Below are positions 38,360 to 53,836 of a stretch of 64,000 bases of DNA, one piece after another. Source of the stretch: Octopus sinensis (lineage: Eukaryota); contig NC_043009.1 of NCBI RefSeq assembly GCF_006345805.1, positions 50,778,001 through 50,842,000 on the forward strand. The letters are read 5' to 3'. Below the pieces are notes generated by a model. It made no database searches. It was not told where the DNA came from and saw nothing but the letters and a program-made list of their open reading frames with translations. Each line of letters begins with the position of its first letter. Within the stretch, counting starts at the first letter, position 1. Made by a program: the position numbers and the translations under genes.

Positions 38360-38662
38360 CTGTATAGTGAAGAAGCTCGCTTTGCAACCATGTGGTTTCA
38401 GGTTCAGTCCCACTATACAGCATTTTGGATATAGCCCGGGGCTGTCTTCTACTATAGCCCCGAGCTGTCTAATACCTTGTGAGTGAATTTGGTTAACGGA
38501 AACTGTGTGGCAGCCCGTCGTGTATGTGTGTTTATTTCTCACAGTCCCACCGCTTGACAACCGGTGGTTTGTTTACGCTTCTGTAACTTAGCGGTTCGGC
38601 AAAAACAATCGATGGAATAAGTACTAGACTTTAAAAATAAGTATTGAGCGATTTGTTCGACC
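38360..38662 (+). mobile_element. SINE family B, diverged
   Basis: GGTTCAGTCCC, CTTCTACTATAGCC and CTTAGCGGTTCGGCAAAA motifs. Confidence 0.75.
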
Positions 38663-38734
38663 AATAATAATAATAACAACAACAACATAAAAAAGTACCT
38701 TAGGAATGAAAACCCAGGTTCAAAATTTCCTCAA

Positions 38735-38780
38735 GACACCTGATGAATGCTGGAGGGTATATTAGCCGAAACGTTGTGTT
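38735..38780 (+). ncRNA. Minimal type I hammerhead ribozyme (family H, probable PLE pLTR remnant ~38690-38835)
   Basis: GACAC-CTGATGA-A-TGCTGG..TTAGCC-GAAA-CGTT/GTGTT; stem I GACAC:GTGTT, palindromic AACGTT stem III; closing pair of stem II is mismatched. Confidence 0.7.
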
Positions 38781-39137
38781 AACAACAAATAAAATGAGGA
38801 CATATATCCGTCAAATGTAAATAATGTAAATAATATAATTGTTTATCTCTTTACGAGATCAGGACTGTGTGTCGCTTTAAAAGTATAAACTGTAAACAAG
38901 AGTGGCTGCTATATTTAGCCGGTGTTTGTCCTGTACCGACAAAGAGAAATTACCCAGAGACCATTGGTCTACAAGTATCGCTAAAGATAGAAAGGAGGCA
39001 GTAGACTCCTTTGCTCACAGAATACAGACACGGATCATGTGTCGGTAACCAGCTGGAAAAGAAGCTTTCCTGCGGCTAAAAAGCAACAACATCGTCTTAT
39101 GTAGGACTGCCACTTTGCGTTGGCAAATAGACTTTAC

Positions 39138-39171
<34 letters not shown>

Positions 39172-41623
39172 GACACACATACAGTGGAAGCAATAATTAA
39201 TTATTCATTTATATATTTCTTAAGACTAACCATTATAATATTTCGGTCATTAGTCCTCCATCACAAAAAAAAAAAAAGGAAGAGAAGGCATAGAGAGAAT
39301 ACGAAAAAGAAATAATTAGTGTATAAAAAGAAAATACAAAAAAGTGGGGAAAGGACACACTCACACCGTAGTTCAGAAAACGTTTTGGCGTTGAAACCTC
39401 TGAACATTGTGAGGTATATAACATTCTGTCACTACTCAGTGTTTCTCGTCCCGTGCGATGATCGTTCAGGTGACTGATTGCCGCTTTAAAGTATCCCACA
39501 CGGGAAGAAGCTGAGTTTTGACAGAGTGAATCATCAGCTGTTTCCAAATAAATAAACTATAATGTGTATTGAGTACTCTTTCCCCCGATTATAACCCCAA
39601 ACACACATTACACACACACATCATCAATTATTGCTCACGAGCATTTTTGACTGAAAACGTCGTCAAGTGTCTGGATTTTCTACAAGACTTTTCTTTTAAT
39701 TTTGTTTTTTCTGCTTGTATCATCCATCATACGTGATTAGCCTCAATGATCCCAAAAGGAGAAAAGGAGGAAGTGAAAAATGTGGGGCGTCTGAAGTCTT
39801 CACGCCTTTCTACAGAGTGTTAGCAATGTGAAGTCAAAAGAAATTTCTTCCAACCTAAAATCAAAACTGTCGCCAACACATATTGCCCTCTAACTAACTT
39901 TCCTTAACATTCCTAATCTGTTGTTGATGTCTTACTTAAGGATATCATCAGTAGGGTTAAATGAACTGAAAAGTTTCCATTCTGGAATCAAAACTGTTAT
40001 TAAAAAGTAACAACCTAATAAGCGAAATTAAATAGTTTCAACTAGGAATCGAAACACACATCATTAGCTCCATCCACAAACCTGTATTTGTCCATAAAAT
40101 TGACAAAGTAATGCAGTATCACAGAATATCGAAACCGAAGCAAGAACGTTGACTAACTTTGCTGAAAGCTTGACAAACTGCACTACGACATCCAAAACAA
40201 TTTATTAGTTAATAATCAGTTTCTTTACTTTTCGTTAAGCGAGAAGGGGAGATTGATATATTGTTATTTGAATTGTATATTAGGTTATGCATTTAATCGA
40301 CTTGAAATAGTGAAAAGTAACGTCTGTGAAAAATAAGGCTTTTAACTCTTAATACTGAACGAAATAAGACTAGATTCAGTGTAAAAACGAAGTGGATTTA
40401 GTATATCTGACTATCAGTACTTCGATATTAAAATTAGATCCATTTAAAACATTTAGCTGCAGTATATAGAGGAATTTACTTTATTCACTGGTCGCGTTTC
40501 AATTTATTTATCGGACGAAAAATAGAAGGTTACACGAAATGGACATCAAGCATCTTATCTTGCAGGAAGTACTTTTGTTCTAATCAACACCTTAGCAAGG
40601 GAGCTGAACTCAGGTTCTTAAAATGCTTCTCTGGTCTTAAGAATTATATTATAATCCACGCAAGAGAAATGAGGTAGTTGGAAACTGTAGAAGCACGTCG
40701 TATGCACTGTACTGGTGATTCCGTCACCCAATTTGTCATAACCAGCGTGACACTGCGACGAAGCTAGGCCGTCGAATCCCAGATACGATCCATTCGACGG
40801 ACTGCAGCGTAGTTTCCAACTGCTTAAATTTTCTCGAACGGAATGTATCATATAACCTGGCCTTGTCCGTTACACAGTGCCATACTGATTCTGTCTGAAG
40901 ATTACGTTAAGAGTACAACTGTATGTGGAATGCTCGGTCACTTACACACACACGTAATTCAATCAGTCGATAGTTCTGTTTTATCGAACGACTAAATGGA
41001 ACGCTTACAACATCAAAATCGACGCGCGAGTCTATCAGTTTACAAGCGAAGAAATGTAACCCAGCTATCTGTTTCAATCGATTTCTGACATAGAAATAGT
41101 GCCGACAGAGGTAATGTCAAGTTCACGTATTAACAATCGGTACTTCCAAACTGGGTATGTTGGAACTGGGTCGGTGCCGTTGCGTACTAGATAACTCTAT
41201 TCTACTAGCGTACAAGACAAGCCTCTATTATTTTCTCTCTTTTTTTTTTTTTTCTCTTTTAACTGGAGGCGAGAAATAGAGTCTTTTGTTGACAATGATG
41301 AGATATGAAAGAAGGACAAGTTAAGGGAGAGAGAGAGAGGTAGTAAGAGTCTGAAATACGGAATATTAGACAATGTGAAACGTCCGAATCAATACCTTAG
41401 CGATGTCGCTCATCATTGCAGAACAGTTATGGCTTATACCACCACCACCACTACTACTACTACTACTGCTACTACTACTAATAACAATAATAATAATAAT
41501 AATAATTAATTCTTTTTATTGGCCACAAGGGCTGACAAATATGATTGGGACAAAACAGGTCGAAAGGTTACAAAAGGTTTTGTCCGTTTGTGAAAAAAAA
41601 CCCGAGTAAAAAGCAGTTTAACA

Positions 41624-41669
<46 letters not shown>

Positions 41670-41689
41670 CCTTTCTACTATAGGCACAA

Positions 41690-42340
41690 GGCCTGACATT
41701 ATGGGGGGAGGGGACCAGTCGATTACATCGACCCCAGTGCGTAACTGTTACTTAATTTATCGACCCCGAAAGGATGAAAGGTAAAAATCGACCAGGGTGG
41801 AATTTGAGCTAAGAACATAAAAAAAAAAAACAGACGAAATACCGCCAAGCATTTTTTTCTGGCGTGCTAACGTTTCTGCCTAGTACCTATTTTATCGATC
41901 TTGAAAGCTAAAAATAATAGTGATTTCAAATTCAGTTACGAGACCAGAAATTTTGAGGGGAAGGGCACGAATATATCTACCCTAATACTTTACTAGTGCT
42001 TATCTTATCCACCTCGAAAGGACGAAAGGTAAAGTTGTCCTCGGCGGAATTTGAACACAGAGCATAATGTGTCGGAAGAAATACCGTTAAGAATTTTGTC
42101 ACATGCGCTAACGATACTGCCAGCTCGCAACTTTAACAAAAAATAGGCACAAGGGCTGAGATTTTTTGGAGGGAAGGGCAAGTAGATTATATCGACCGCC
42201 AGTGCTCTACTGGTACTTTATTCTATCGACCACGAAAGAATGAAAGCAAAGTCGACCTCGGCGGAATTTGAACTCGGAACTGACGAATTATCGCTAAGAA
42301 TTTTGTCCGGTGTGCTTAACGATTCTGCTAGCTCGCCACC
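41690..42340 (-). mobile_element. Three consecutive family C SINE copies, same orientation
   Basis: The CTCGGCGGAATTTGAAC or equivalent motif recurs at ~41800, ~42040 and ~42260; each copy ends with a head. Confidence 0.75.
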
Positions 42341-42389
42341 ACTTCAAATAACAACAACGACAACAACAACAACAATTTATTTTTACCTC

Positions 42390-42960
42390 AGGGAAGATGG
42401 ATAATGTAACAGTACAAGGACAAATTACTAAACGATAAGGTTTTTACAGAGAAAATTATGCGGAAAACAACATTGTAGACACAAAATGGTCATTGACAGT
42501 TACCTGGGGCTAATCAGGGAACTTCATAGATATCAAATAACTGTTACTGCTAAGGGGGAGTGCCCTCTATCCGCTGTGTCCGCCCATCTACAAGGAGATA
42601 TTCAGAGCAAGTTCATTTGCTTGGGCCGTATAAGCCAATTTTAATTTACCTTTCTGTTACATATACTAAAGAATAGCACCTTTCCCTCCGTTCTAAACTT
42701 TTTCCCTTCAAGTGATTATTTCAAGAAATTGATCAGGGACTGTGCCGAAGAGGCAAGTGTGTATATGTCATCAGTCTTTCAATCACGACCATCACATTTC
42801 GCTTTCTCCATAACCATAGTTTTTTTCTGAGGGATTTTTTTCCCGCCCCTCTGTTTGGGACAGAGAAAAAAACACCGCCAGCCCTTAGTGGCAAGGACTC
42901 GGTCGATAACTGTATCCATTTTACATGCAACAACAGCTGTTCAACGTAAACTCCACAGGT
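42390..42960 (-). mobile_element. Degenerate LINE 3' remnant, possibly Tx1/L1-like
   Basis: Broken frames resembling ...LINFLK.HLKGK.R.E... near 42600-42740; GC higher than flanks. Weak similarity from memory only. Confidence 0.35.
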
Positions 42961-43519
42961 AATAATAACGCTTTTTAGTTACGGTAGAGTTTATATTGAC
43001 CCACCTACACTACCACTGTCCTTTTATACACACACACACCACACACACACACACACACAAACACACACCAACCAATGCTAATTTTCACCAGAATCACAAC
43101 TATGACAAAAGCTAATTCTTTCACTTACCTATTTTTATCTATTTATTTACACACCCATCCATCCATCCATCCATTCACTCGTGCTGCCATTTATACATAT
43201 ATCGATTTACCCCCCCCCCCCCATTTTAATCAAGAATCTATTAGACCCATATTTCAACCTGTCAATCTGTATCACTTTATACACACACACACACACACAC
43301 AAGACACATCTCTATATATAAATGTATGAGTTTATATATGTGTATATATATATATATAACTACTAGCCCACGTATTTCCACCCACAATATGTATGTAGGT
43401 TTGTACGTATGTACTTACCTCATTTATATATCTTGTATATATTTCCATCTTTATACATCTACCCATATATTTCTCTCTCTGTTCCCTGCTATATATTCAC
43501 CAAATCTTTCGTGATTATC

Positions 43520-44011
43520 AGCTGTCTCTATCTATCTATCTACTTATCTATCTATCAATCTATCCATCCATCCATCTATGTATCCATCCATCTATCTATC
43601 TACTTATCCATCTATCTATCTATCTATCTATCCATCTATCTACTTATCTATCCATCTATCTACTTATCTATCTATCTATCTACTTATCTATCTATCTATC
43701 TATCTTTTTTTTTATTTTTATTTTTTTTAACCCCCCCTTTTTTTTGTCCTCTTTCTCTCCTTTTACGATCCCTTTTGTTCGAAACTCCCCTTCCTTTTTT
43801 TTTTTCCTTTTTTTTTTTTTTTTTTTTTAAACCTTCAAAAGAAAAGCTCTACCTTGTATTTGTTCTATCTGTGTGCAGCCCTGTGTGCTAATAAAGAAAC
43901 CTATCCATCCTCCATCCATCCATCCATCCATCATCCATCCATCCATCCATCCATCCATCCATCCATCCATCCATCCATCCATCCTCCATCCATCCATCCA
44001 TCCATCCATCC

Positions 44012-44084
<73 letters not shown>

Positions 44085-44273
44085 CACACGTATGTATGTA
44101 TGTAGGTAGGTACGTACGTAGCATATCTTATATATCCCGCAAGTCATTCCATCCAGCCGTCCAGCCGTATCTATCTCTCCATCCATTCCACAAATCACGT
44201 CTTTCTATCCATTCATCCATCCATCCATCGCTTCTAACCTCCCACACATAGCAATCTATCCATTGCCCCCCAC

Positions 44274-44352
<79 letters not shown>
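43520..44352. repeat. Compound (ATCT)n/(ATCC)n/(CT)n microsatellites
   Basis: Direct inspection. Confidence 0.95.
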
Positions 44353-44354
<2 letters not shown>

Positions 44355-44749
44355 CACTACCCATCTAGCAGTTTTATGCATCCACCCAACCGCCTTTCCT
44401 CCCATATCCCCGAGGGACCCACCGAACGAACGAACGAAACGAACGAACATCTCACCTAAAACAACATTCGAAATGGCTGGGTTTTTTTTAAGGAAAAACA
44501 TTATTTACAGTATATCAGTAGCTAATATCAGATAAGGGACTTGACGGAAAGAAAGACATACATACATAAAGAAAACTAACTTTAAAAAAATAGCAAAGGT
44601 TGGTAAGGAACGACATTAATGTGTATAAAAAGTGAAACAATGTGTATTCATGCAGCAACTAAAATAAACAAACACACAGCTAAATAAAACGCCCCTCACA
44701 CGCACATTCTTCCCAGACTTGCTATGTCTTGATATTACTCTTCTCTCTT

Positions 44750-44961
44750 CTCTTCTACTTGTTTCAGTCATTTGACTGCGGCCATGCTGGAGCACCACCT
44801 TTTAGTCGAGCAAATCGACCCCGGGGCTTATTCTTTTGTAAGCCCAGTACTCAGTATTCTATCGGTCTCTTTTGCCGAACCGCTAAGTAACGGGGACGTA
44901 AACACACCAGCATCGGTTGTCAAGCAATGCTAGGGGGGGGGGGGCAAACACAAACACACAA

Positions 44962-44992
<31 letters not shown>

Positions 44993-45160
44993 CATATATA
45001 CGACAGGCTTCTTTCAGTTTCCGTCTACCAAATCCACTCACAAGGCATTGGTCGGCCCGGGGCTATAGCAGAAGACACTTGCCCAAGATGCCACGCAGTG
45101 GGACTGAACCCGGAACCATGTGGTTGGTTAGCAAGCTACTTACCACACAGCCACTCCTGC
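44750..45160 (-). mobile_element. SINE family B, full length
   Basis: Matches 1721-2163. Confidence 0.9.
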
Positions 45161-45650
45161 GCCTATGGTTCATATTATTATATATAGTTGCCTTTGTAGT
45201 TGTAAATTGCCTTTAGAGTAAGACTAACTTTGGTTTGTTTGGTAGCAGCAGTGGGTGTTTACTCACTAGTTTCAAAATGGTTGGCCCAAACTTACAGAAT
45301 CAACGCTAGGCAAACCAAACAACACTAAGGAATACTTAAAGATGGGAATGTTAGTATCGTTGTACGGTTTGGTTGGTTGTATAATATATTAAAAATCGAT
45401 CGCTCTCTAAGTATGTGTGCATGTGTATGCGTGCATGTGTGTGTGAGTGTGTGAGTGTGAGAGAGAAAAAGAGAAAGAAAGAGAGAGAGAGAAATGGATA
45501 GACAAACGCAGTAACATTCATATATACATATGCAAGTTTACAAATATACACGCATACATACAAATATATATATATATGGACATATGTAAATATACTCACG
45601 CATAGACACATATCTATATTTATCTATCCATCTATCTATCTCTAAATGTG

Positions 45651-45681
<31 letters not shown>

Positions 45682-45731
45682 TGTACATATATACATCTAT
45701 ATAAATATATACACACACAGCAATCAAAAGG

Positions 45732-45770
<39 letters not shown>

Positions 45771-46116
45771 GTATTTGTATGTATGTTATGTATGTATATA
45801 TGTATGTATTTATGTATTTATGTATATGTACACACATACACACACCATAATTATCAACAAATAGGTGTCAGATGTGAGAGTGTCTAGGTGAAGGTTGGTA
45901 GTCTAGAGCATACAGTGTTGACCCTTTCGTGATGGTTTCGATTCCTGGCCGAGGTCTTACAACCAGTATACAACAAGCAATTCAAAACCTGAATATTATG
46001 GGACTTCAATGTACGTAATATATACAATATATATGCTGGTGCCCCAGCATAGCCGCAGCTCACGAGATGAAACCAGTTAAAGAGTTATAAAATATTCATA
46101 CAACGTACATGCATCA

Positions 46117-46500
46117 TTGGCTGTGTGGTAAGAAGCTTGCTTTCCAATCACATGGTTTACGTTTCAGTCCTACTGCGGGGCACCTTGAGCAAGTGACTTC
46201 TACTATAAACTCTACTATAAAGATTTGTGAGTGTATTTAGTAGACGGAAACTGAAAGAAGCCCGTCGTGTATATAAATGCATACATACATTTATATAAAT
46301 ATATATATATATACATATATTAATGTGTGTGTCTGTATTTCTCCCAATACCTTCCGTTGACAACCATAACTTAGCGGTTCGGCAAAAGTGACCGATAGAA
46401 TAAGTACTAGGCTTACAAAGAATAAGTCCTGAGGTCGATTTGCTCGACTAAAGGCAGTACTCCAGCATGGTCACAGTCAAATGACTGAAATACGTAAAAG
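46117..46500 (+). mobile_element. SINE family B
   Basis: Matches family B, more diverged. Confidence 0.85.
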
Positions 46501-46654
46501 AATATGTGTAAACACTTTATATACGTATACACAATAAAATATACATTTACATATATATACGAACATTATATATATATATCATATATAATATATTATATAG
46601 ATACATACATAGAGATAGTAGATATATACACACACACATACAAGTATATATATA

Positions 46655-46719
<65 letters not shown>

Positions 46720-46906
46720 TAATAAATGCTAGAAATGTAGGTATATATATCAAAATACTCCTAACCACATAAATATAAGTAAAAATGTATGTAAATTACA
46801 TATAGAGAGAGATACATACAGATGTACATGCATGTATATATACGTATGCATATATATATATTTATAGATATGAATATCTATGCATCTATGTATATTTATG
46901 TGTATT

Positions 46907-46937
<31 letters not shown>

Positions 46938-47682
46938 TTACGTATATATGTGCTTGCAAAAATATATAGTAATTTATATGGATATTTAAGTGTATGGTTC
47001 TATACACAAAACTATATGTAATATCTATCAATGTGTATATAGGTATGAGTATATATAAAAATCATATATATATTTTTATATCCATATGTTTACTATATTG
47101 TAACATGTCAGATGTGTATACATATATGTAATAAATATATATATATACATATATATATATATGTATGTGGTGTGTGTGTGTGTGTGTGTGTGTGTATGAT
47201 ACATATATGAAAAACATATGTAGTAATACGTAAACTATGGATTCAAACATACATGTATGTAAAATACGTATACACATTCTTTGTATTTATATTATGTACT
47301 TAATATAATTATAAATAAATATGTCAGTATATTCATTATATGTACGCGTTTATATTATAAATGCATTCATATATTCATATATATATGAATATATATAACA
47401 TATATATACATATATATAACACACATATATACAATATTTAATATATACATATAAGACGATATGTATATATATATACACACATATATACATAATATATATA
47501 TAATATACATATCTATAAATAATAATATATAACATATACATAAATATATATATATACATATATACATAAATATATATATACATATATACATAAATATATA
47601 TTATATATATACATATATACATAATACATATATATACATATATACATAAATATATATATTAATACATATATATATTATATAT

Positions 47683-47716
<34 letters not shown>

Positions 47717-48761
47717 CATAAAATAAATATTTACACATATACATACATATATATATACATACAAATATATATACGTATATACATAAATATATATATAGAT
47801 ATATACATAAATACATATACATATGTTCATAAATATATATATATATGTACATACATATATATATAATTATATACATATATATATATATATATACATATAT
47901 ATATACACATACATATATATAATATATATATGTATATACGCACATACATGTATGCTATGTATATACATTTATAAATATATATACACACACATATATACGT
48001 ATATATATGTATATCAAAGACGTATATATACATGTAAATAGTGTATATACATGTATATACAAAGTATACGTATATAAAACGTGTCTGGATTATACATACA
48101 TTTAAATAGTATTAAGAATGTTCATGTATATGATATGCCACATGTGATGTGTTTGACATGGTATACATGGTATACATGTAAACATATATGCTTTTGCACA
48201 CACATAGACACACACTCACACACATACACAAATAAATGGGATATAATTTACACGATATGCCCGTAATATGAGTGTACATGTATGCATACTAACATATATA
48301 TATGTATATATATATATACATATATTTTATATGTGTATATATAGGTATACGTGTATATGTATGTATATATACGTATATACATATATTTTATATGTGTATG
48401 TATATATATACAAATATATATATGTATATGTGTTTGTATATATATATATATACAAATATATATGTATGTGTGTATATATATATATATATATACAAATATA
48501 TTACGTATGTATGTATTTTATATACAAATATATATAGTGTATATATACATATATATGCTGTTTTTACTGAGATCTCCCTTTTTAGTAGAGAAATAGCTAT
48601 ACCCTTGACTGCTATTCTAAATTCGGTATGTGGTAAGGCAATCGTTACTAAACCCTTATTGCTTATACTTTACAATTTTACTATAGGCTTTTATGCCGAA
48701 GACTACTATGTAATTGATATTTTTCCAAATTAATTAATTTCACCCTTCATTATATATTATA

Positions 48762-48809
<48 letters not shown>

Positions 48810-49200
48810 TATATATATATTATGCAAACACACATAATGTCATGATGCTATGTAAGCCCACGTGTGTGTGTGTACGTGTGTTTGCATGTGCGCGTGAGAG
48901 TGTATTCACCCTGCACGCGCATCTATGTGAGTATTCCGCGTGTGTGTGCGCGCGCACTGGTGTGGTACCGGTGCTGTTATAAAAGTCAACATTTAAATAC
49001 TGTTTAATAGTTTCGGAACACATGGTGCATGGAAGCATGCGGTTTTCAGCAAACTAAGCACTCAGTATTACGTATGTTCCCATGTATGTATTTGTTTGCA
49101 TTTACGTCTATGCGAACTGAAGACTTTATAATGCTGGATGTTATCAATGAGCATCCTAATGCATAACTATATACACAAATATATACATACATGTACTTTT

Positions 49201-49242
<42 letters not shown>

Positions 49243-49291
49243 TCACACATACATACCCATATTTAAATGTGTGCATATGTGTGTATAACAT

Positions 49292-49334
<43 letters not shown>

Positions 49335-49445
49335 ATATACATACATATATGAGTATATATACTTATATAAATATACATATATTAATATATATACACATAT
49401 ATAATATGTATATATGATATGTATACGTATATGGATATACGTATG

Positions 49446-49479
<34 letters not shown>

Positions 49480-49762
49480 AATACATGTATATATGAATTT
49501 ATGCATGTATACATACACATATGAATATATATATATATATATATATGAATATATGTATATATATAGATGTGTGTATATATGGGTATATGTATATATAGAT
49601 ATGTGTGCATATATATCTATAAGTATATGTATATATATGTATACATATATATATGTGTGTATATCTATACATGTATACATGCATATATATATATATACAT
49701 ATATAGTGTTATATATATATATGTATATATATGTGCATATACATATATATATATGTTATATA

Positions 49763-49799
<37 letters not shown>

Positions 49800-49939
49800 A
49801 TATGTATATATATACATATATATTCATAGATATATATATGCATACATATATATGTATATACATACAAATACATACATATATATATATATATCCATACATA
49901 TATATAAATACATACATACATACACATACATACACACAT

Positions 49940-49974
<35 letters not shown>

Positions 49975-50017
49975 CATACATATACTTACATACATACATA
50001 TACATACGTACATATAC

Positions 50018-50048
<31 letters not shown>

Positions 50049-50377
50049 TGTATGTATGTATGGACAGCTGCTCCCATGATAGAAATGCACTTTGCTCAAA
50101 AGCGCCCTAGTCGTGGACCTCGTGGTACTGTATTGTTCAGAACTACAGTGACCAATGTTTACTTCGCTCCTAAGACATAATTTAAAGGAATTTGTTTGCT
50201 ATTTCTAGCAATTCGTAAGACAATTTTGAGGCTTTCATTCTAGCTCGTGCGACTGTTGACTGTATATGTACGTTTATACACACACACATACATACACATA
50301 TATGTGTACATAAATACACACACACACATACACATGTACATATATATATATATATATACTAGACACACGCATATACC

Positions 50378-50460
<83 letters not shown>
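46500..50460. repeat. Extended degenerate (TA)n/(CA)n/(TATG)n/(GATA)n microsatellite field
   Basis: Direct inspection; similar tracts at 2680-3180, 27440-27870, 51400-52800 and 54000-54480. Confidence 0.95.
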
Positions 50461-51385
50461 GCGTATATAATATTGTATATATTTTACTCTCTCATTCACT
50501 GAGATATGTACACGGTCAGCAAATATATATGAAATGATATCGTCTGTTAGTGATAATACATCGTTTCTTGTTTATCACTAATGGAGTATGTATGTGTGCA
50601 TATGCGTATTGTTGTTAAGCGCTAGGAAAGATCTGATTGGACAGGTGTATAATTTATCATCGTCAGGTCTTTTATCTCTTTATGGCACCAATGACCTGTA
50701 AGTGTCTTTCCATTTTTCGTAAGGTAGGGTGCGATGTGAGAGGCACCTGACTGCTATTTCCAGCACTGGCTAGCTACAGCGCACAATTTTTTTTGTTCGT
50801 TAGAAAAATCTGTGCTTGATATAATACAGTTAAGCATGCAAGTTTTTGATGCGTCAAGGCATGAAAGTATATTTGTGACCACCACTAAAGAAAATTGTTA
50901 GATCATAAATACTGACATACGCACAAGTTATAGGTATGTGTGAAAGCGTGCATGTGTGTGTTGGGGCATTTTAAAGACGGTAAGGACGATTTTGAGGGTG
51001 ATATGGCACCTATTTCCTGTAGGTTGAACGACGATTTGCAGGATCTCCTGTTCGACCGTGTACGTTGTTTTGTTAATAGATAGAAGTCAGATCATTAGTT
51101 CAATGGATTCGATATGACCCAGAGGTCACTAATGAATGGTCACTCAGGGCGACACGACCAGACAGTCTGAATGAAGATGGTGAGAAGTGTGTGAGGTGAC
51201 ACAGAGATGGAAAGTTTTTCCACATCTTTCTCTCTCTCTCTCTCACTGTCACACACTCATACACAGGTCCACTCGTGTGTATAGGTGTGTACGTGTATGT
51301 ATGTGTTCGTAAGATCATTACAGCACTAAAAAATCTCTCTCTCTTACAGACGTTCAAATCTAAAGTCTGTACGTTCATGTATGAA

Positions 51386-51417
<32 letters not shown>

Positions 51418-51835
51418 GAAAGAAGGTTTGAAAATGCAATTTTAAAAGATGTTTACCTTTTAAAATTACATTTCAAACCTTCTTTCATTCATATATAATT
51501 CCACTCGTGCGGTACCTTACAACTTCACTTTGTTATTTTTATATATAAAATCCTTAAAATCCTTAAAAATGTTTCAGCCCGAAGGCCGCGGCCATGCTGG
51601 GGCACCACGCACACATATATATATATAAATATATATAAAACAAAGTTATTTTATTCCACAACACACACACACACATATATATATATGTATAATAATATAT
51701 ATACATAGTTGCATATGTGTGTGTATATAGATACATGCATACATAAATACATAAATGCCTATGATCGTGTGAATACTTGCATATATACGTTATCACACGG
51801 ATTCATCATGAAATTATACGATATATATGAAGTAT

Positions 51836-51892
<57 letters not shown>

Positions 51893-52345
51893 ATATATAG
51901 ACATAATATATAGACCATACATACTGCATACGTACATATAGTGTGCGTGTGTACATGTGTTCACACGTATATATTTACAGCTAGGTTTACTCACATGTAC
52001 ATACACACTTATGTGTAAGATTAATATGTACACAATGTTGTACAATAAGATAAATATATACACATAACTTGACCATTTATGCGTATATGTACATTGAGAT
52101 ATTTATATATCTATATTTATTGACGACCATAGACACATTTACGAACACCTATTCAAATACAATTATTTATACCCTTTTATACACGCATACATAAAATTCA
52201 TGTGTATCCACGTACACTATATTATATATGTGCGTATATTCACTAAAATTTTCCCGCATATATATCTACTAAGTTGCGTGGAAACACAAACATACACACA
52301 CACACTTTGTTTACAGATAATACAAACATACATGTGTATGTGTGC

Positions 52346-52384
<39 letters not shown>

Positions 52385-52644
52385 ACACACATGCACGTAT
52401 TTATGATGGCTATTACGTACATACATACGTGGGTGCGTGTATACATATATACATGTGTGTGTGCGTACTATATATGTATAATATGTACACACACACAAAA
52501 CATATATACACATATTCTTACAGAGGCATATAGAGAAGTATATATAATGATGACATTTAGACAATATATGTATATATATATATATAATATATATATATCT
52601 ATATATAGAAGATATGTATACTGTATATAAATTATGTATTTACG

Positions 52645-52675
<31 letters not shown>

Positions 52676-52762
52676 TTATATGTATACTATATAAATATAT
52701 ATATAATAGGTTATATAGGTATTTATATGTATGTGTTATAAATATATATATATTATATATAT

Positions 52763-52795
<33 letters not shown>

Positions 52796-53499
52796 GTCGC
52801 ATATATAAATTGTAGCAGGGGTAGCTGGCAGTGGAAGCTTCTTGCCCATTTGGTCCAGCGTTCGATCCCCTTTGTGACACATTTTGGTGCAAATATCTTT
52901 TAGTGTAGTCTCAGTTCGACAAAAACCTTCAAATGTAAAACCGAAAGAAGCACATTGTGTGTGTATATGTATGTGTGTCTGTGTGTGTGTTTGTGTGTGT
53001 GTGCGAATGCATGTGTATGTGTTGTGTATGTTCCTCATCAACGTTCTAATTAATATACACCCTTGTAATATAGAAGTTCGACACAGAAAGTGATAGAATA
53101 AGTACCAAACTTTTATGGGGGTCGATTTGTTCGACTAAACTCTTCAAGGCGGTTCCCCAGGATGGCCGCAATGAAAATTGGCTGATACAAACATGTAGAA
53201 CATATAAGATGTATATATTGTGCACGCGTTTTTTTTTTGTGTATATTTCATAAGGTTTTTTTATTTTATTTTTTCTTCCTTTTCTCTGGCAGGAACACGT
53301 AATTCTGTCAAATCGATAATGAAAATAAGAGGAAGAAGAATTTTGAGACATGATTTACAATTAAATTTACTCTAAAGAGGGATTTCTCTGTATCTTCCGC
53401 TGAAGACAACACAACACGGTTTAATCTGCGTGTGATACTGCTAGGAACACGATTTCATTTCTAGGGAACATATGTGCCATAAAATATGTCTTTACTACG

Positions 53500-53836
53500 T
53501 AACGTAAAAGGCTCTCGTGGCTTAGTGGCGAGGCTCGTGATCTTGACGTCGTGAGTTCGGTTCACGGCGGCGCGTTGTAGTTTTCAGCAGACACTTTTTT
53601 TTTTTCACGTGTGTCCAGTCCACTCCACTCAGCTGGCAAACATAAGTAGTACCTATATTTCGAAGGGTCAGTCTTATAATAATATTCTGCGTCACGCTGA
53701 ATCTCTCTCAGAAACTACGTCACGGTTACGTGTATCTGGAGTGCTCAGCTACTTACACGTTGAATTTCCCGAACAGGCTGTTCCGTTGATCGGATCAACT
53801 GAATGAAACACTCGTCGTCATAACCGACGGAGTGCC
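53500..53836 (+). mobile_element. Old SINE: tRNA-like head, CORE/Meta-like body, family A tail
   Basis: Body CCAGTCCACTC..AGCTGGCAAA..AGTA (also at 57890-58115) is followed by the family A tail (GGAGTGCTCAGCTACTTACACG...TAACCGACGGAGTGC). Confidence 0.6.
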
